A stretch of 63,603 nt of DNA, counting the filler, from Chiloscyllium plagiosum (lineage: Eukaryota), in assembly GCF_004010195.1 (NCBI RefSeq). It is 5 parts of one record of this genome, joined end to end, with 100 filler letters (N's around TTAATTAATTAA, not from the genome) between each part and the next. Parts side by side here need not be neighbours in the genome. Positions count along the whole stretch, not along the records: positions 38,584 to 52,139 come from NC_057717.1; 4 more parts are not named here. One strand, 5' to 3'. The number at the start of each line of letters is the position of its first letter. The stretch's first letter is position 1. Below, in pieces: positions 38,584-50,699 of this stretch. The position numbers and the translations under genes are program-made. The notes under the pieces are model-generated. The model was given only the letters and a program-made list of their open reading frames with translations, was not told where the DNA came from and made no database searches.

Positions 38584-40330
38584 CAAAACTGTACACAATA
38601 CTCCAAGTGTGGCCTCACCAACGACTTACAGAATGGTAGCATAATGTCCCAACTCCGATATTCAATGCTTTTAACGATGAAGGCCAGCATGCTAAATGCC
38701 TTCATTACCGCCCTGTCTACCCGTGATGCCTCTTCCAGTGGAATATGGACTTGTGGTCCGAGGTCCCTCTTTTCCACAACACTCCTCAGAACCTAACCAT
38801 TTACTGTATTAGCCCTATCTTTGTTTTACACCTCCGACTTATCTGTATTTAATTGCAGTTGCCAATCCTCAGCTCACTTCCCCATCAGATCAAGATCCCT
38901 CTATTATTTCTGATAATGTTCATCGCTATCAACGATACCTCCTAATTTTGTATCATCCATAAATGTAGTAACCTTCTTGGGAGTACTTGGAGTATGTTGT
39001 GCAGTTTTTGGGCCCTTATCTCAGAAGAGATGTACTGGCCTTGGAATGTGCTCAGAGGAGTTTCATGAGAATGGTCCCCGGAATGAAAAGCTTGACAAAT
39101 GAGGAAACTTTGAGGACTTTGGATCTTTAATCAATGGATTTTAGAAGGATGAGAGGAGATCTAATTGAAATATACCGAATACTGAATAGTCTGGACAGAA
39201 TAGATGTTGTGAAGATGTTTCCATTGGTTGAATAGACTAGGACCCGAGGGCACAGCTTTAGAGTAAATCAAACAGCTTTTAGAACGGAGATAAAGAGAAA
39301 CGTCTTCAGCCAGAGAGTGGTGAATCCATGGAATTCAATGCCACAAAAGGTTGTGGAGGCCAGGTTAATGAGTATATATAAGACTGAGATGGACAGGTTG
39401 TTGATTGTCAAGGGGATCAAGGGTTATGGCAAGAAAGCAGAAAAATACTGTTAAGAAACTTATCAGCCATGACTGAATAGTGGAGCAGACTGGATGGGCT
39501 GAATATTTCAATTTCTGCTCCTATGTCTTATGGTCCTCATCATGTCGTGTATATCCACATTCAAAACATTTATGTAAATAACAAATAACAAAGGTCTCAG
39601 CACCGACACCTGTGGCACACCATTAGCCATAGGCCTTCAGTCTGAGAAACAATTTTTAACCATCACCTTCTGCTTCCTACCATCGAGCCAATTTTGAATC
39701 CAATTAGCTAGCTCTCTCTGGATCCCATGTCACCTAAGTCACCAACTAACCTGCCGTATGGGACCTTGTCAATAGTCTTACTAAAGTCCGTATACAGATC
39801 ATCCATTGTCCTGCCCTTACCTATTCTCGCAGTTACCTCTTTGAAACAATTTAAAATGATTTGCCAGACATTCTTTCCTGCACAAAAATCTACGCTGACT
39901 ATTTCTTATCAGACCTTGAATTTCCAAATGTTGGTTCATCCTGTCTCTCATTATCCTGTCCAACAACTTACCCACCACTGATATTACACTCACTGACCAA
40001 GAACTCCCTGGTATGTCTTTGCTACTTTTCGTAAGCAATGGAACCACTCCATTAGTAAACGAAGAAGTAAAAACCTATGCGAGGGCCACTGGAATTTCCT
40101 CCATAGCCTCCCATAACATCCAAGGCTGGAAATGTTCATGCCCAAGGGTTTTATTCACCTTATTGTGCTTTAAGGTAGCCAATCCCTCCACTCTGGTGAT
40201 ATCCATGTGGTCCAAATCATTCCCACTTATTTCCCTTATTTCCTTAGTACGCATGATTTGCTCCTCAGTAAACATGGAGGAGAATTACTGATTCAACAAT
40301 TCCCCCAACCTCCTGGTGATTCCACCCAAG
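38584..40330 (-). mobile_element. CR1 RT region with a nested plus-strand LINE 3' end (~38975-39535)
   Basis: LVRPHLEYCVQF and VSVISVVGKLLDRIMRD. The nested piece encodes LEYVVQFLGP and FSQRVVNPWNSMP. Confidence 0.8.
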
Positions 40331-40439
40331 GAAGGTCATGCTGATCATTAAGGAGACCTATTCTCTCCCTCGCCACGCTTCCACTCTTAAATCCAATGGC
40401 CTTCTTTACTTTCTTTACCAGGGCCTCAATATCCCTCGC

Positions 40440-42399
40440 CGTCCAGGGATCAGGTCCCCCCTCACCCACCATCTTTCTAAGGAAAATAATCCTAATTTAT
40501 TCAAACTCTCTTCATGGCTGGCATCCTCCATACCAGGCAACATGCCGGTGAAACTCCTCTGCACCCTCTCCAAAGCATCCACATCGTTTTGCTAATGTGA
40601 CGACTAGACTGCATGCAGTATTCCAAATGTGGCTGAACTAAAGTCTTATGCAACTGTTACACGACCTACCAACACTTATATTCAATACCGGGACCAATGA
40701 AGGATAGCATGCCGTATGCCTTTTTGACAACACGACTGATCTGCCTTGCTATCTTCAGGGAACAATGGACCTAAACACCTAGATGTCTTTGTACATCAAA
40801 TTTTCCCAAGACTTTTCTATTTACTGTATATTTTGTTCTTGAATTGAAACTTCCAAAATGTATAGCCTCGCATTTGTCCAGATGGAACTCCATCTACCAT
40901 TTCTCTGCCCATCTCGCAAATCTATCTATATTCTGCTGTATTCTCAGACAGTCCCCTTCACTGTCTGCTACTCCATCAATCTTAGTGTCATCTGCAAACT
41001 TGCTAATGAAACAACTCAAGTCATTTATGCCTATCACAAAAAAAGAATGGTCTCAGCACGGGTTCCTCTGGGATATCACTTGTCACAGATCTCTGTTTTG
41101 AGAAGCTCCCTTCCGTTATTACTGTTACCTAATCAGTTCTCTATCCATCTAGCTAGAACACCAATGGAACTTCACCGTCTTCATCTTGGGGAAATTTATC
41201 AAACGGCTTACTAAAGTCCATCTATATGACATCGACATCCCTTCCCTCACCAATCAACTTTGTCACCTCTTCAAACAATTCTATTAAATTTGTAAGCCAT
41301 GACCTTCCCTGCACAAAACCATGCTATCTAGCACTGAGAATTCCTTTTCTTCGAAATGGTATGTACTCTATCCCTCAGTATCTTCTCCAGTAGATTCCTT
41401 ACCACTGTCGTCAGGCTCACTGGTCTATAATTACCTGGATATTCCTTAAACAAGGATATATCATTAGAAATTCTCCATTCCCCAGGGATCTCCCCCGTGT
41501 TCAAGGATGCTGCAAAATATCTGTTAAAGCCCCAGCTGTTGTCTCTCTCGCTTCCCTCAGTAACCTGGGATAGATCGCATCCAGACCTGGGAACCTGTCC
41601 TTCTTCATGCCTTTTGGAAATCACAACACGTTCTCCCTACTTACGCAGACTTGACCTAGAGTAATCAAAGATCTATCCCTAACATCAACATCCATAATGC
41701 CCCTCTCCTTGGTGAATACCAATACAAAGTACTCATTAAGAATCTCATCCATTTTCTCTGCCTCCAAGCATATCTTTTCTTCTTTGTCCTTGAGTGCGTC
41801 CACCCTTTCACTACTTCACCCTTGCTCGTTATATATGAACAAAAAGCTTTGAGGGTTTTCCTTAATCCTGCTTGCCATGGATATCTCATGACCTTTTCGC
41901 CCTCTTAATTCCTCATTTCAGATTGGTCCTACATTCACAAAAGTCTTCCAAGGCTTCATCTATCTCCATTCACCTAGACATTATGTACACATCCTTTTTT
42001 CCTCTTAGCCACTCTCACATTATCACTTGTCATCTGTGGTTTCCTAACCTTGCTATTTCTATTCATCATTTTCACAGGAAAATATCTCTCCTGAACACTA
42101 ATTAACCTCTCTTCAAAAGCCTCCCTCACATCAACTGTGGATTTCCCTTGATCCAATTGTTCCCAATCTACGTTCCGCAGCTCCTGCCGTATTTTGCTAT
42201 AGTTGGCCTTCCTCCAGTTTAATATTCTTCCTTTAGGACCACTCTCATCTTTGCACATGACTATTGTAAATCTCATGGAATTGTGATCATTATTCCCAAA
42301 GTAATACCTGGCTGAAACTTACACTGCCTGGGCGGGCTCATTGATAAACACCAGGTCTAGTATGGTCGCTTCCGGAGTTGAACTATTTCCATGCTGCTC
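40440..42399 (-). mobile_element. CR1 ORF2 (endonuclease end through RT to 3' region)
   Basis: LNWRKANYSKIRQEL; YPGNYRPVSLTTVVRNLLEKILRD; SKFADDTKI. Confidence 0.9.
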
Positions 42400-42899
42400 N
42401 NNNNNNNNNNNNNNNNNNNNNNNNNNNNNNNNNNNNNNNNNNNNNNNNNNNNNNNNNNNNNNNNNNNNNNNNNNNNNNNNNNNNNNNNNNNNNNNNNNNN
42501 NNNNNNNNNNNNNNNNNNNNNNNNNNNNNNNNNNNNNNNNNNNNNNNNNNNNNNNNNNNNNNNNNNNNNNNNNNNNNNNNNNNNNNNNNNNNNNNNNNNN
42601 NNNNNNNNNNNNNNNNNNNNNNNNNNNNNNNNNNNNNNNNNNNNNNNNNNNNNNNNNNNNNNNNNNNNNNNNNNNNNNNNNNNNNNNNNNNNNNNNNNNN
42701 NNNNNNNNNNNNNNNNNNNNNNNNNNNNNNNNNNNNNNNNNNNNNNNNNNNNNNNNNNNNNNNNNNNNNNNNNNNNNNNNNNNNNNNNNNNNNNNNNNNN
42801 NNNNNNNNNNNNNNNNNNNNNNNNNNNNNNNNNNNNNNNNNNNNNNNNNNNNNNNNNNNNNNNNNNNNNNNNNNNNNNNNNNNNNNNNNNNNNNNNNNN

Positions 42900-43925
42900 A
42901 TCGGAAGTTAACTTCCCAAACACAAGTAAATCCTGTCCCTCAGAATCCCCTCCAACAACTTACCCACCAATGACATCAGTCCCACTGGTCTATAGTTTCC
43001 TCACCTTTCTTTACCAACTGTTCTTAAACAATGGCACAACCTTACCTGTGTCTGTCCATGATAAAAATATCTCAGCCAGATATAAAACAATGGCTTCCCT
43101 AGCTTCCCATCAAATTCTGGGGTACACCTGAACAGGTCATAAAACACAGAACAGTGCAGCATAGTACAGGCCCTTGAGCTGTTGATGTTGTGCCAGCAGT
43201 TTCTCCTACTTTAAGATCAGACTAATCTATGTGCCCTTCATTGTACTAACTTCCAAGTGTCTATCCAAGAGTCACTTATAAGGTCAGAGGGAATTATGCA
43301 CCTTAATGAATTTTAAGATGGCCAGCTCCTCATCTTCTGTAATATGGACACTTTTCAAGATATCATCATTCATTTCCCCAAGTTCTCTACCTTCCATATC
43401 CTACCCGACAGTAAATACTGATGCGAAATATTTATTTAGTATCTCACCAGTCTCCTGTAGTTCCACACATAGGTCACTTTGCTGATCTTTAAAGGGCCCT
43501 GTCCTCTCCCGAGTAACTCTTTTGACTTCAATGTATTTGTAGAATCTCTTTGGATTGTCCCTCACTTTATTTTCGAAAGATATCTTATGCCCCCAGATTT
43601 CCCTCTTGAGTATTAGCCTTCAGCCCTGGTACTCCTCGATGGATTCACTCGATCCCTACTGCCTAAACCTATCATATGCTTCCGTCTTTTTCTTGAACAG
43701 AATCTCAATTCCGCTCGCCATCCAGCATTCCCGACACCTACCAAGCTTGCATTGCTCATGAACAGGAACATACTCTCTCTCGACTCCGTAATCTCATTTG
43801 TGAAGGCCTCCCATTTTCCTGCCACGAGTTTCTCCCAAACAACTTTTGAAATTGCAAATATAAAACGTTCAAAGTTGGCCTGATTCAATTTAGAACTTTA
43901 CCATTTATATCAGGACTGTTCTTCT
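42900..43925 (-). mobile_element. CR1 ORF2 fragments
   Basis: IKDNPKRFYKYIE-like segment; NQANFERF...WEAFTNEI. Confidence 0.75.
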
Positions 43926-44630
43926 CCATAAGTATTTTGAAACTGGTAGTTACTGAATAACAGGCTCAGGAGGCAGAAAGGCCTCCTCCTGTCCCTCTGG
44001 AACAGACTCAATAGGCTGAATGGCCTCCTCCTGTCCCCCTGCAACAGACTCGAGAGGCTGAATGGCCTCCTCCTGTCCCTCTGTAAAAGGCTGAATAGGC
44101 TGACTGGCCTCCCAATGTCCACCTGTAACAGGGTCGAGAGGCTGAATGGTCTCCTTCTGTCCCTCTGTAACAGACATATGGGGACAGAATTATCTTCTCC
44201 TGTTCCTGAGCAGCAGTCTCAATGCTCTGAATGATGTCACAGGGAGCAGCACTGCACAAATTTAGAACTTTACCATTTATATCAGGACTGTTCTTCTCCA
44301 TAAGTATTTTGAAACTGGTAGTTACTGAATAACAGGCTCAGGAGGCAGAAAGGCCTCCTCCTGTCCCTCTGGAACAGACTCAATAGGCTGAATAGCCTCC
44401 TCCTGTCCCCCTGCAACAGACTCGAGAGGCTGAATGGCCTCCTCCTGTCCCTCTGTAAAAGGCTGAATAGGCTGAATGGCCTCCCAATGTCCATCTGTAA
44501 CAGGGTCGAGAGGCTGAATGGTCTCCTTCTGTCCCTCTGTAACAGACATATGGGGACAGAATTATCTTCTCCTGTTCCTGAGCAGCAGTCTCAATGCTCT
44601 GAATGATGTCACAGGGAGCAGCACTGCACA
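43887..44630. repeat. 372-bp tandem duplication containing ~42-bp subrepeats
   Basis: 43887-44258 and 44259-44630 differ at about 3 positions by eye. Subunit ctgtccctctgtaacagactcgagaggctgaatggcctcctc. Confidence 0.95.
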
Positions 44631-45141
44631 ACGCCAATGGGCAATAAATATTGTACACTGATTTATTGTCTCTGGAAGAGTCCCCACTAGTCATCTTATG
44701 CAGCTGGTCTGTTTATTTATCACTATCTCCTTTTATAAACAGTACGTAATATAAACAGTCCTGCAGTTTTCTTGCACTACTTCCACATACACGGAAGAAA
44801 GAATAAGAAGATTGAAAGATTTATGGTCCATTCTTAAGCAACGTCCATCTATTCCACCAAGCCTGAGTAAATGTTCCCTTTTATTGGGATAGGAAAAGTG
44901 ACGTAAGGAAGTGGTTAACTGAGCCTGTTTGTTCAGTGACTGTGATTACTGCCTGTCTCCATGGATTGTAATTATCACAGTGGAGGTGTTTCATGTTTTA
45001 ATGATAAATGGGTTCCGTTAAATGTGCTATTCCACAGTACGAGTGGAAGCACCACCGACAGCATTAACAAGGATCGGCAGCTCAAGAGAGGCAGTGGGGG
45101 GAGATCAGAACCTGAGCACAAGTGTCTGGAATGTTCCAACA

Positions 45142-45286
45142 ATGTTTCACAATCTGAGAACATTAGACTGGAATGTCTCAAGAATTGACAGGAGTTTATA
45201 TTGGGATGTTTGGCTTCTTTCTACATATTATGATCGAATATGCACTTTACATTATTCAATATTTTTATTATCCAATCCTGTCCCTG
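45142..45286 (+). CDS. Candidate exon 1 of a GPR139/GPR142-like GPCR (N-terminus plus first half of TM1), possibly pseudogenised
   Basis: MFHNLRTLDWNVSRIDRSLYWDVWLLSTYYDRICTLHYSIFLLSNPVP, then G|GTAAGT (perfect donor, phase 1), matching the phase-1 acceptor at 59808. The +1 frame holds YALYIIQYFYYPIL. An upstream in-frame ATG lies at 45022. Confidence 0.65.
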
Positions 45287-45904
45287 GTAAGTCTCAATGT
45301 TCAGTCATTAATGTTATAAATCTTGATTGACTGTAAAACTGTCCTTTCATTGACTCTACTATCATTGTCGCTGTTATTGTTCCTGCTGAGACTTTAAATT
45401 CAGATATTCACTGTACAAACCATTAGTAACTGCAACAATTAACTTGTTAATTCACCCTCTTCCACCTTGCTTCTGGCAGTGTTAATCATGAGTTGTCCAT
45501 GAAACCTGTCCAGTTTCAACTGGGAAACATGATCCGTTGTATCACTGTCCTTTCTGTTTAAATATTGAAAGCATTGAGGTAACTATGTTCTGTTCTGGTT
45601 ACAGACTGCATTTCATTCCTCTGACTACACCCATCCCCGGTCAATACTGAGGCTGAAATAGACAGATGACAAGTGGTGATTCCTTTGGCCATAAGACAAT
45701 TCCTGACACCATACCCTGACCATTACTAACTGTAACTACTGATAACTCCAGCATATACTTCACTGGCTCATCCCATCTGCTGTTTGAACCATGAGCTGTG
45801 AAATACATTCTTAAAGATGGCATTCATCTGTTGCTGACACACACAGCTTCAATCCTGCAGAAACAAATCTGAGTCAATACTTGTAACGGAAATCACACAA
45901 AAAT

Positions 45905-46217
45905 GCCCAGGCTGGGCAGATAGTCTGGTTTACTGAGCAATACACTGGCATAGCCTGCACAGCTCCCGATGCTGTGTAGATAGTTCAGCTTACTGAGCAA
46001 TACACTGGTACAGTCTGCATAGATCTCCATGCTGAGCAGAGAGTTCAGTTTACTGATCAATACACTGGCATAGCCTGCACAGCTCCCCATGCTGGGCAGA
46101 CAGTCCGACTTGCTGAGCAATACGCTGGCATAGTCTGCACTTCTCCCCATGCTGGGCAGGTAGTCCACCTTAGTGAGCAATACACAGGCACAGTCTGCAC
46201 AGCTCTCCACGCTGGGC
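45905..46217. repeat. 60-bp minisatellite, ~5 copies
   Basis: gctgggcagatagtctggtttactgagcaatacactggcatagcctgcacagctccccat, period 60. Confidence 0.95.
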
Positions 46218-46818
46218 TGTTGTCTTGTCCAAGTTTATAGTGTCTGGGTTTGTTCTGTGATGGAGATTGTGAATTTGATTAAATAAATTATGTCACCTTA
46301 TCTGGTCGTGTCTTTATTCATTCTTGTGATTGGACCCTCCAAAGTCTCACTCCTCCTGTTCCACTCCCCTGTCTTTTTCCCCATATTTCACCAATGTGGC
46401 CTATTTCTATCTTAATTATCTGTCTCTATCTTTAATGTGAATTTTTACGTCCCTCCGTATCTTTCCCTGGCCTTGGGTTTGGCTCCTTAGTGTATCGAGT
46501 GCTGACATTGTGAAACTCAGAAACAATGAGTGTGTGTGGGCTGTTGTTCACTTCCCCGTATGTCACATGTTCCCTGTTATATATGCAATCTGGCAATGCT
46601 CTTGCACTACTCCCACACACATGGAAGAAACAAAAAAGGTTGACAGTTTAATGATCCATGTTGGACGGGAGGGATTCAGCAGCTTTGATTCACGTCTTTG
46701 AAACCGAGTCTGTGCCTATTCACTGAACGCCGTGTCTGTCCCTCTCAGCTGATCGTGTGGTCAGTAACACGAGGAAGCCCCTCGAGGATTATTGCAAAGG
46801 AGCAGGCATCGAACTTGC

Positions 46819-47212
46819 GTCGGAGGCTGAGGGGTGACATGAAAGACGTTTGCAAAATTATGAGGGGCATGGATAGAGTAAATAGACAATGCATTTTCCC
46901 TGGGGTCGGGGAGTCCAGAAATAAAAGGGATAGGTTTAGACTGAGAGCGAAAAGATATAAAAGGGACTTAAGGGGCAACTTTTTCACCCAGTGTAGTACG
47001 TGTATGGAATGAGCTGCTGGAGGAAGTGGTGAATGCTGGTACAATTGCAAGATTTAAGAAACTTTTGGATTGGTATAAGAATAGGAAGGGTTTGGAGGGA
47101 TATGGGCTAGGTGCTGGCAAGTGGGACTAGATTGGTTTGGTATATCTGGTCGGCGTGGACAGGTTGGACAGAAAGGTCTGTTTCCTTGCTGTACATTTCT
47201 ATGACTCTATGA
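46819..47212 (+). mobile_element. CR1 3' end
   Basis: RRRLRGDMKDVCKIMRGMDRVN...RDLRGNFFTQ; tail tctatgactctatga. Confidence 0.9.
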
Positions 47213-47962
47213 AGATCTTCTGACTGACTCCTATTGTTCAAACTTTAGTGGAGGCGTTGAGGACGGTTTGCTGGAGGTGGTGCTGTGAGCTGCCCCAGAC
47301 ATTCAGGGAGATCTGAAGATTTGGTGACCCAACTCTGGAAGGAGCACGGGGACTGTAGTTACAGCTTTTGCATCTGTAACATGATGAAACAAATGGAGCA
47401 GAGGCTGCAGTGAGGGGAAGCTCTAAAACCAGGGCGTGTCAGGAAAAGGATCTGCCAAATCAGTCCGTGTCTTAATGAGGACATACACACCTGCCACTCT
47501 TGCGCGTACATGCAAACACACACACACACAGACTCTTTTTCTCTCTCACACACACAAACACACGCTCGTTCTCTCTCTCTCACACACACATGCACACTCT
47601 CTGTCACACACTCTTCCCTCACCCACGCGTACACACACTCTGCATTTCACACATGCACATACACAAAAGTCTGTGGAGTGAATTTGAATTTGCAGACTTG
47701 TATTTTCAAATGCATTCCATTTTGTTTAACAAAAAAACATGCACTTTGGAGGCAGTCAGCCAATGTGGCATTTTATAAAGTTCTGCCTTGAAAATAAAAC
47801 TCGCCTGATTTCAGAGGAAAACACAAACAGACTCCAAACAAGACCTTCCCTGGTTTTGTACCGGGGAGGAAAAAGCAATGACTACAGATGCTGGAAACCA
47901 GATTCTGGATTAGTAGTGCTGGAAGAGCACAGCAGTTCAGGCAGCATCCCAGGAGCTTCGAA

Positions 47963-47996
47963 ATCGACGTTTCGGGCAAAAGCCCTTCATCAGGAA
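47963..47996 (-). ncRNA. Minimal hammerhead ribozyme motif (intact core)
   Basis: Minus strand reads ttc-CTGATGA-A-GGGC-TTTT-GCCC-GAAA-C-GTC-gat. Stem II is perfect; helix III is reduced to the palindrome ACGT; stem I is weak. Confidence 0.7.
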
Positions 47997-48251
47997 TAAA
48001 GGCAGTGAGCCTGAAGCGTGGAAAGATAAGCTAGAGGAGGGTGGGGGTGGGGAGAAAGTAACATAGAGTACAATTAAAATTTTGATGGATGTGGAAGGCT
48101 CCTTTAGGTCCTTGGATGGAGGTGAGGGAGGAGGTGTGGGCGCTGGTTTTACAGTTCCTGCGGTGGCAGGGGAAAGTGCCAGGATGGGGGGGTGGGTCGT
48201 AGGGGGGCGTGGACCTGACCAGGTAGTCACGGGGGGAACGGTCTTTGCGGA

Positions 48252-48569
48252 AGGCGGAGAGGGGTGGGGAGGGAAATATATCCCTGGTGGTGGGGTCTGT
48301 TTGGAGGCGGAGAGGGGTGGGGAGGGAAATATATCCCTGGTGGTGGGGTCTGTTTGGAGGCGGAGAGGGGTGGGGAGGGAAATATATCCCTGGTGGTGGG
48401 GTCTGTTTGGAGGCGGAGAGGGGTGGGGAGGGAAATATATCCCTGGTGGTGGGGTCTGTTTGGAGGCGGAGAGGGGTGGGGAGGGAAATATATCCCTGGT
48501 GGTGGGGTCTGTTTGGAGGCGGAGAGGGGTGGGGAGGGAAATATATCCCTGGTGGTGGGGTCTGTTTGG
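48252..48569. repeat. 53-bp perfect tandem repeat x6 inside the PLE ORF
   Basis: aggcggagaggggtggggagggaaatatatccctggtggtggggtctgtttgg at 48252, 48305, 48358, 48411, 48464 and 48517. Confidence 0.97.
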
Positions 48570-49387
48570 AGGTGGCGGAAATGTGGGCGGATGATTTGGT
48601 TTATGCGAAGGTTGGTAGGGTGGAAGGTGAGCAACAGGGGCTTTCTGTCCTTGTTACGGTTGGAGATGTTGGGTCTGAGGGGGGAGGTGCGGGATTTAAG
48701 CGAGATATGTTGGAGGGCATCTTTACCACGTGGGAAGGGAAATTGCAGTCTCCAAAGAAGGAGTCAATCTGGTGTGTTCTGTGGTGGAACTGGTCCTCCT
48801 GGGAGCAGATCCGGAGGAGGCGGAGGAATTGGGAATACGGGATGGCATTTTTGCAAGAGGTAGGGTGGCAAGAGGTGTATTCTAGGTAGCTATGGTAGTC
48901 GGCGGGTTTGTAAAAAATGTTAGTGTCAAGTCGGTCGTCATTAATGGAGATGGAGAGGTCCAGGAAGGGGAGGGAGGTGTCAGAGATGGTCCAGGTAAAT
49001 TTAAGGTCAGGGTGGAATGTGTTGGTGAAGTTGATGAATTGCTCAACCTCCTCGTGGGAGCACGAGGTGGCGACAATGCAGTCATCAATGTAGCGGAGGA
49101 AGAGGTGGGGAGTGGTGCCGGTTTTTATACGGAAGATCGACTGTTCTACATAGCAAACAAAGAGACAGGCATAGCTGGGGCCCATACGTGTGCCCATGGC
49201 TACCCCCTTGGTCTGAAGGAAGTGGGAGGATTCAAATGAGAAATTGTTAAGAGTGAGGACCAGTTCGGCCAAACGAATGAGAGTGTCAGTGGAAGGGTAC
49301 TGTTGGGGACGTCTGGAAAGGGAAAAAACGGAAAGCTTGGAGGCCCTGGTCATGGCGGATGGAGGTGTAGAGGGATTGGATATCCCT

Positions 49388-49456
49388 CTACTTGCACATC
49401 CACTAATATCATTTATTCTATCTGTTGCTCCCGATGCGGTCTCCTCTACATTGGGG
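49388..49456 (+). mobile_element. PLE GIY-YIG N-terminal motif, inverted relative to the flanking RT
   Basis: TCTSTNIIYSICCSRCGLLYIG. Confidence 0.85.
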
Positions 49457-50699
49457 NNNNNNNNNNNNNNNNNNNNNNNNNNNNNNNNNNNNNNNNNNNN
49501 NNNNNNNNNNNNNNNNNNNNNNNNNNNNNNNNNNNNNNNNNNNNNNNNNNNNNNNNNNNNNNNNNNNNNNNNNNNNTCTGGGAGATGATGGTTTGGTGAT
49601 GGGGGGGGTGGGGTTATGGTCGAGGGGGCGGTAGGGAGAGGTGTCCTCGAGTTGGCGTTTGGCTTCAGCGGTGTAGAGGTCAGTGCGCCAGACTACCACT
49701 GCGCCCAATTTATCCGCAGGCTTCATGGTGAGGCTGGGATTGCAGCAGAGGGATTGGAGGGCTGCGCGATGTGAGGGTGAGAGGTTGGAGTGGGGGAGGG
49801 AGGTAGACAGGTTGAGGCGGTTAATGTCCCGGCGGCAGTTGGAAATGAAGAGGTCGAGGACAGGTAATAGGCCAGCGCGGGTTGTCGAGGTGGATGCAGT
49901 GTGTTGGAGGTGGGCGAAGGGATCCTCAGAAGGTGGGCCGGAATCCTGATTGTGAAAGTAAGCTCGGAGGCGGAGGCGACGGAAGAATTGTTCGACGTCA
50001 GGGTGTGTATTAAATTCATTGATGCGTGGACGGAGGGGGATGAAGGTGAGTCCTTTGCTGAGGACTGATCGTTCCTCCTCAGTGAGGGAGAGGTCTGGAG
50101 GGATGGTGAAAACTCGGCAGGGCTGGGAGCTGGGATTTGGTGTGGGTGTAGACCTCGGAGTAGGGGCGGAACCTGTAACAGGAGTGGGTGTGATGATGGG
50201 GGAATGGGGGTGGAGTCATGAGCACGGGTAGTGTTCCCCTCGGGGTTTTGGGAGTGGGGATAGTGACAGTGGGGTCTTTGGGGGGCATGTCAGCAGAATG
50301 CAGGGGAGTGGCGCTGGTGGGGGCGGAAATGCTGGTGACCACGGCAGTAGGGTGGCGGAAGTCACTGAGCATGTGGCATCAGCGATGATGTGAAGGGCAG
50401 AAGTGATGTCACGTGTGCTGCATGAGGAATTGTGAAAGGTGGAAGTGGTTGTGGGAGTGGCCATGATGGGGCGGAAGTGACATCATCAATCAGCGTGGGG
50501 GTGGCAGCTGCATCAGCCACATGGCTAATGGTGGAATAGGTTCCGAGCCAGGGGAATCTTCTGGAATGATTGAGGAGTGCTGGTTATGGAGGTGGGTGGA
50601 TAAAAGTTTGTTGTGCTTACAGTTTTTGATGTTTGAGATGGAATTGAAATACTGTTTGCTGAGAGTATGAATTCTCCTGAGGATGTAGTACAGAGTGAG

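Noticed and set aside
43950..44549. Twin acidic ORFs (EGQEEAIQP repeats)
   Set aside because: Translation of the 42-bp subrepeats within the 372-bp duplication.
44630..44915. CCAAT, TATAAA and TGACGTAA motifs as the receptor promoter
   Set aside because: Short motifs expected by chance; no transcript start evidence is available from sequence alone.
45893..46210. 105-aa minus-strand ORF with 20-aa, LRR-like periodicity
   Set aside because: By-product of a 60-bp minisatellite; non-ATG start and no splice support.
48252..48569. CRISPR-like regular repeats (also the 37-, 40- and 60-bp arrays)
   Set aside because: Head-to-tail units without unique spacers, no cas genes, and vertebrate context.
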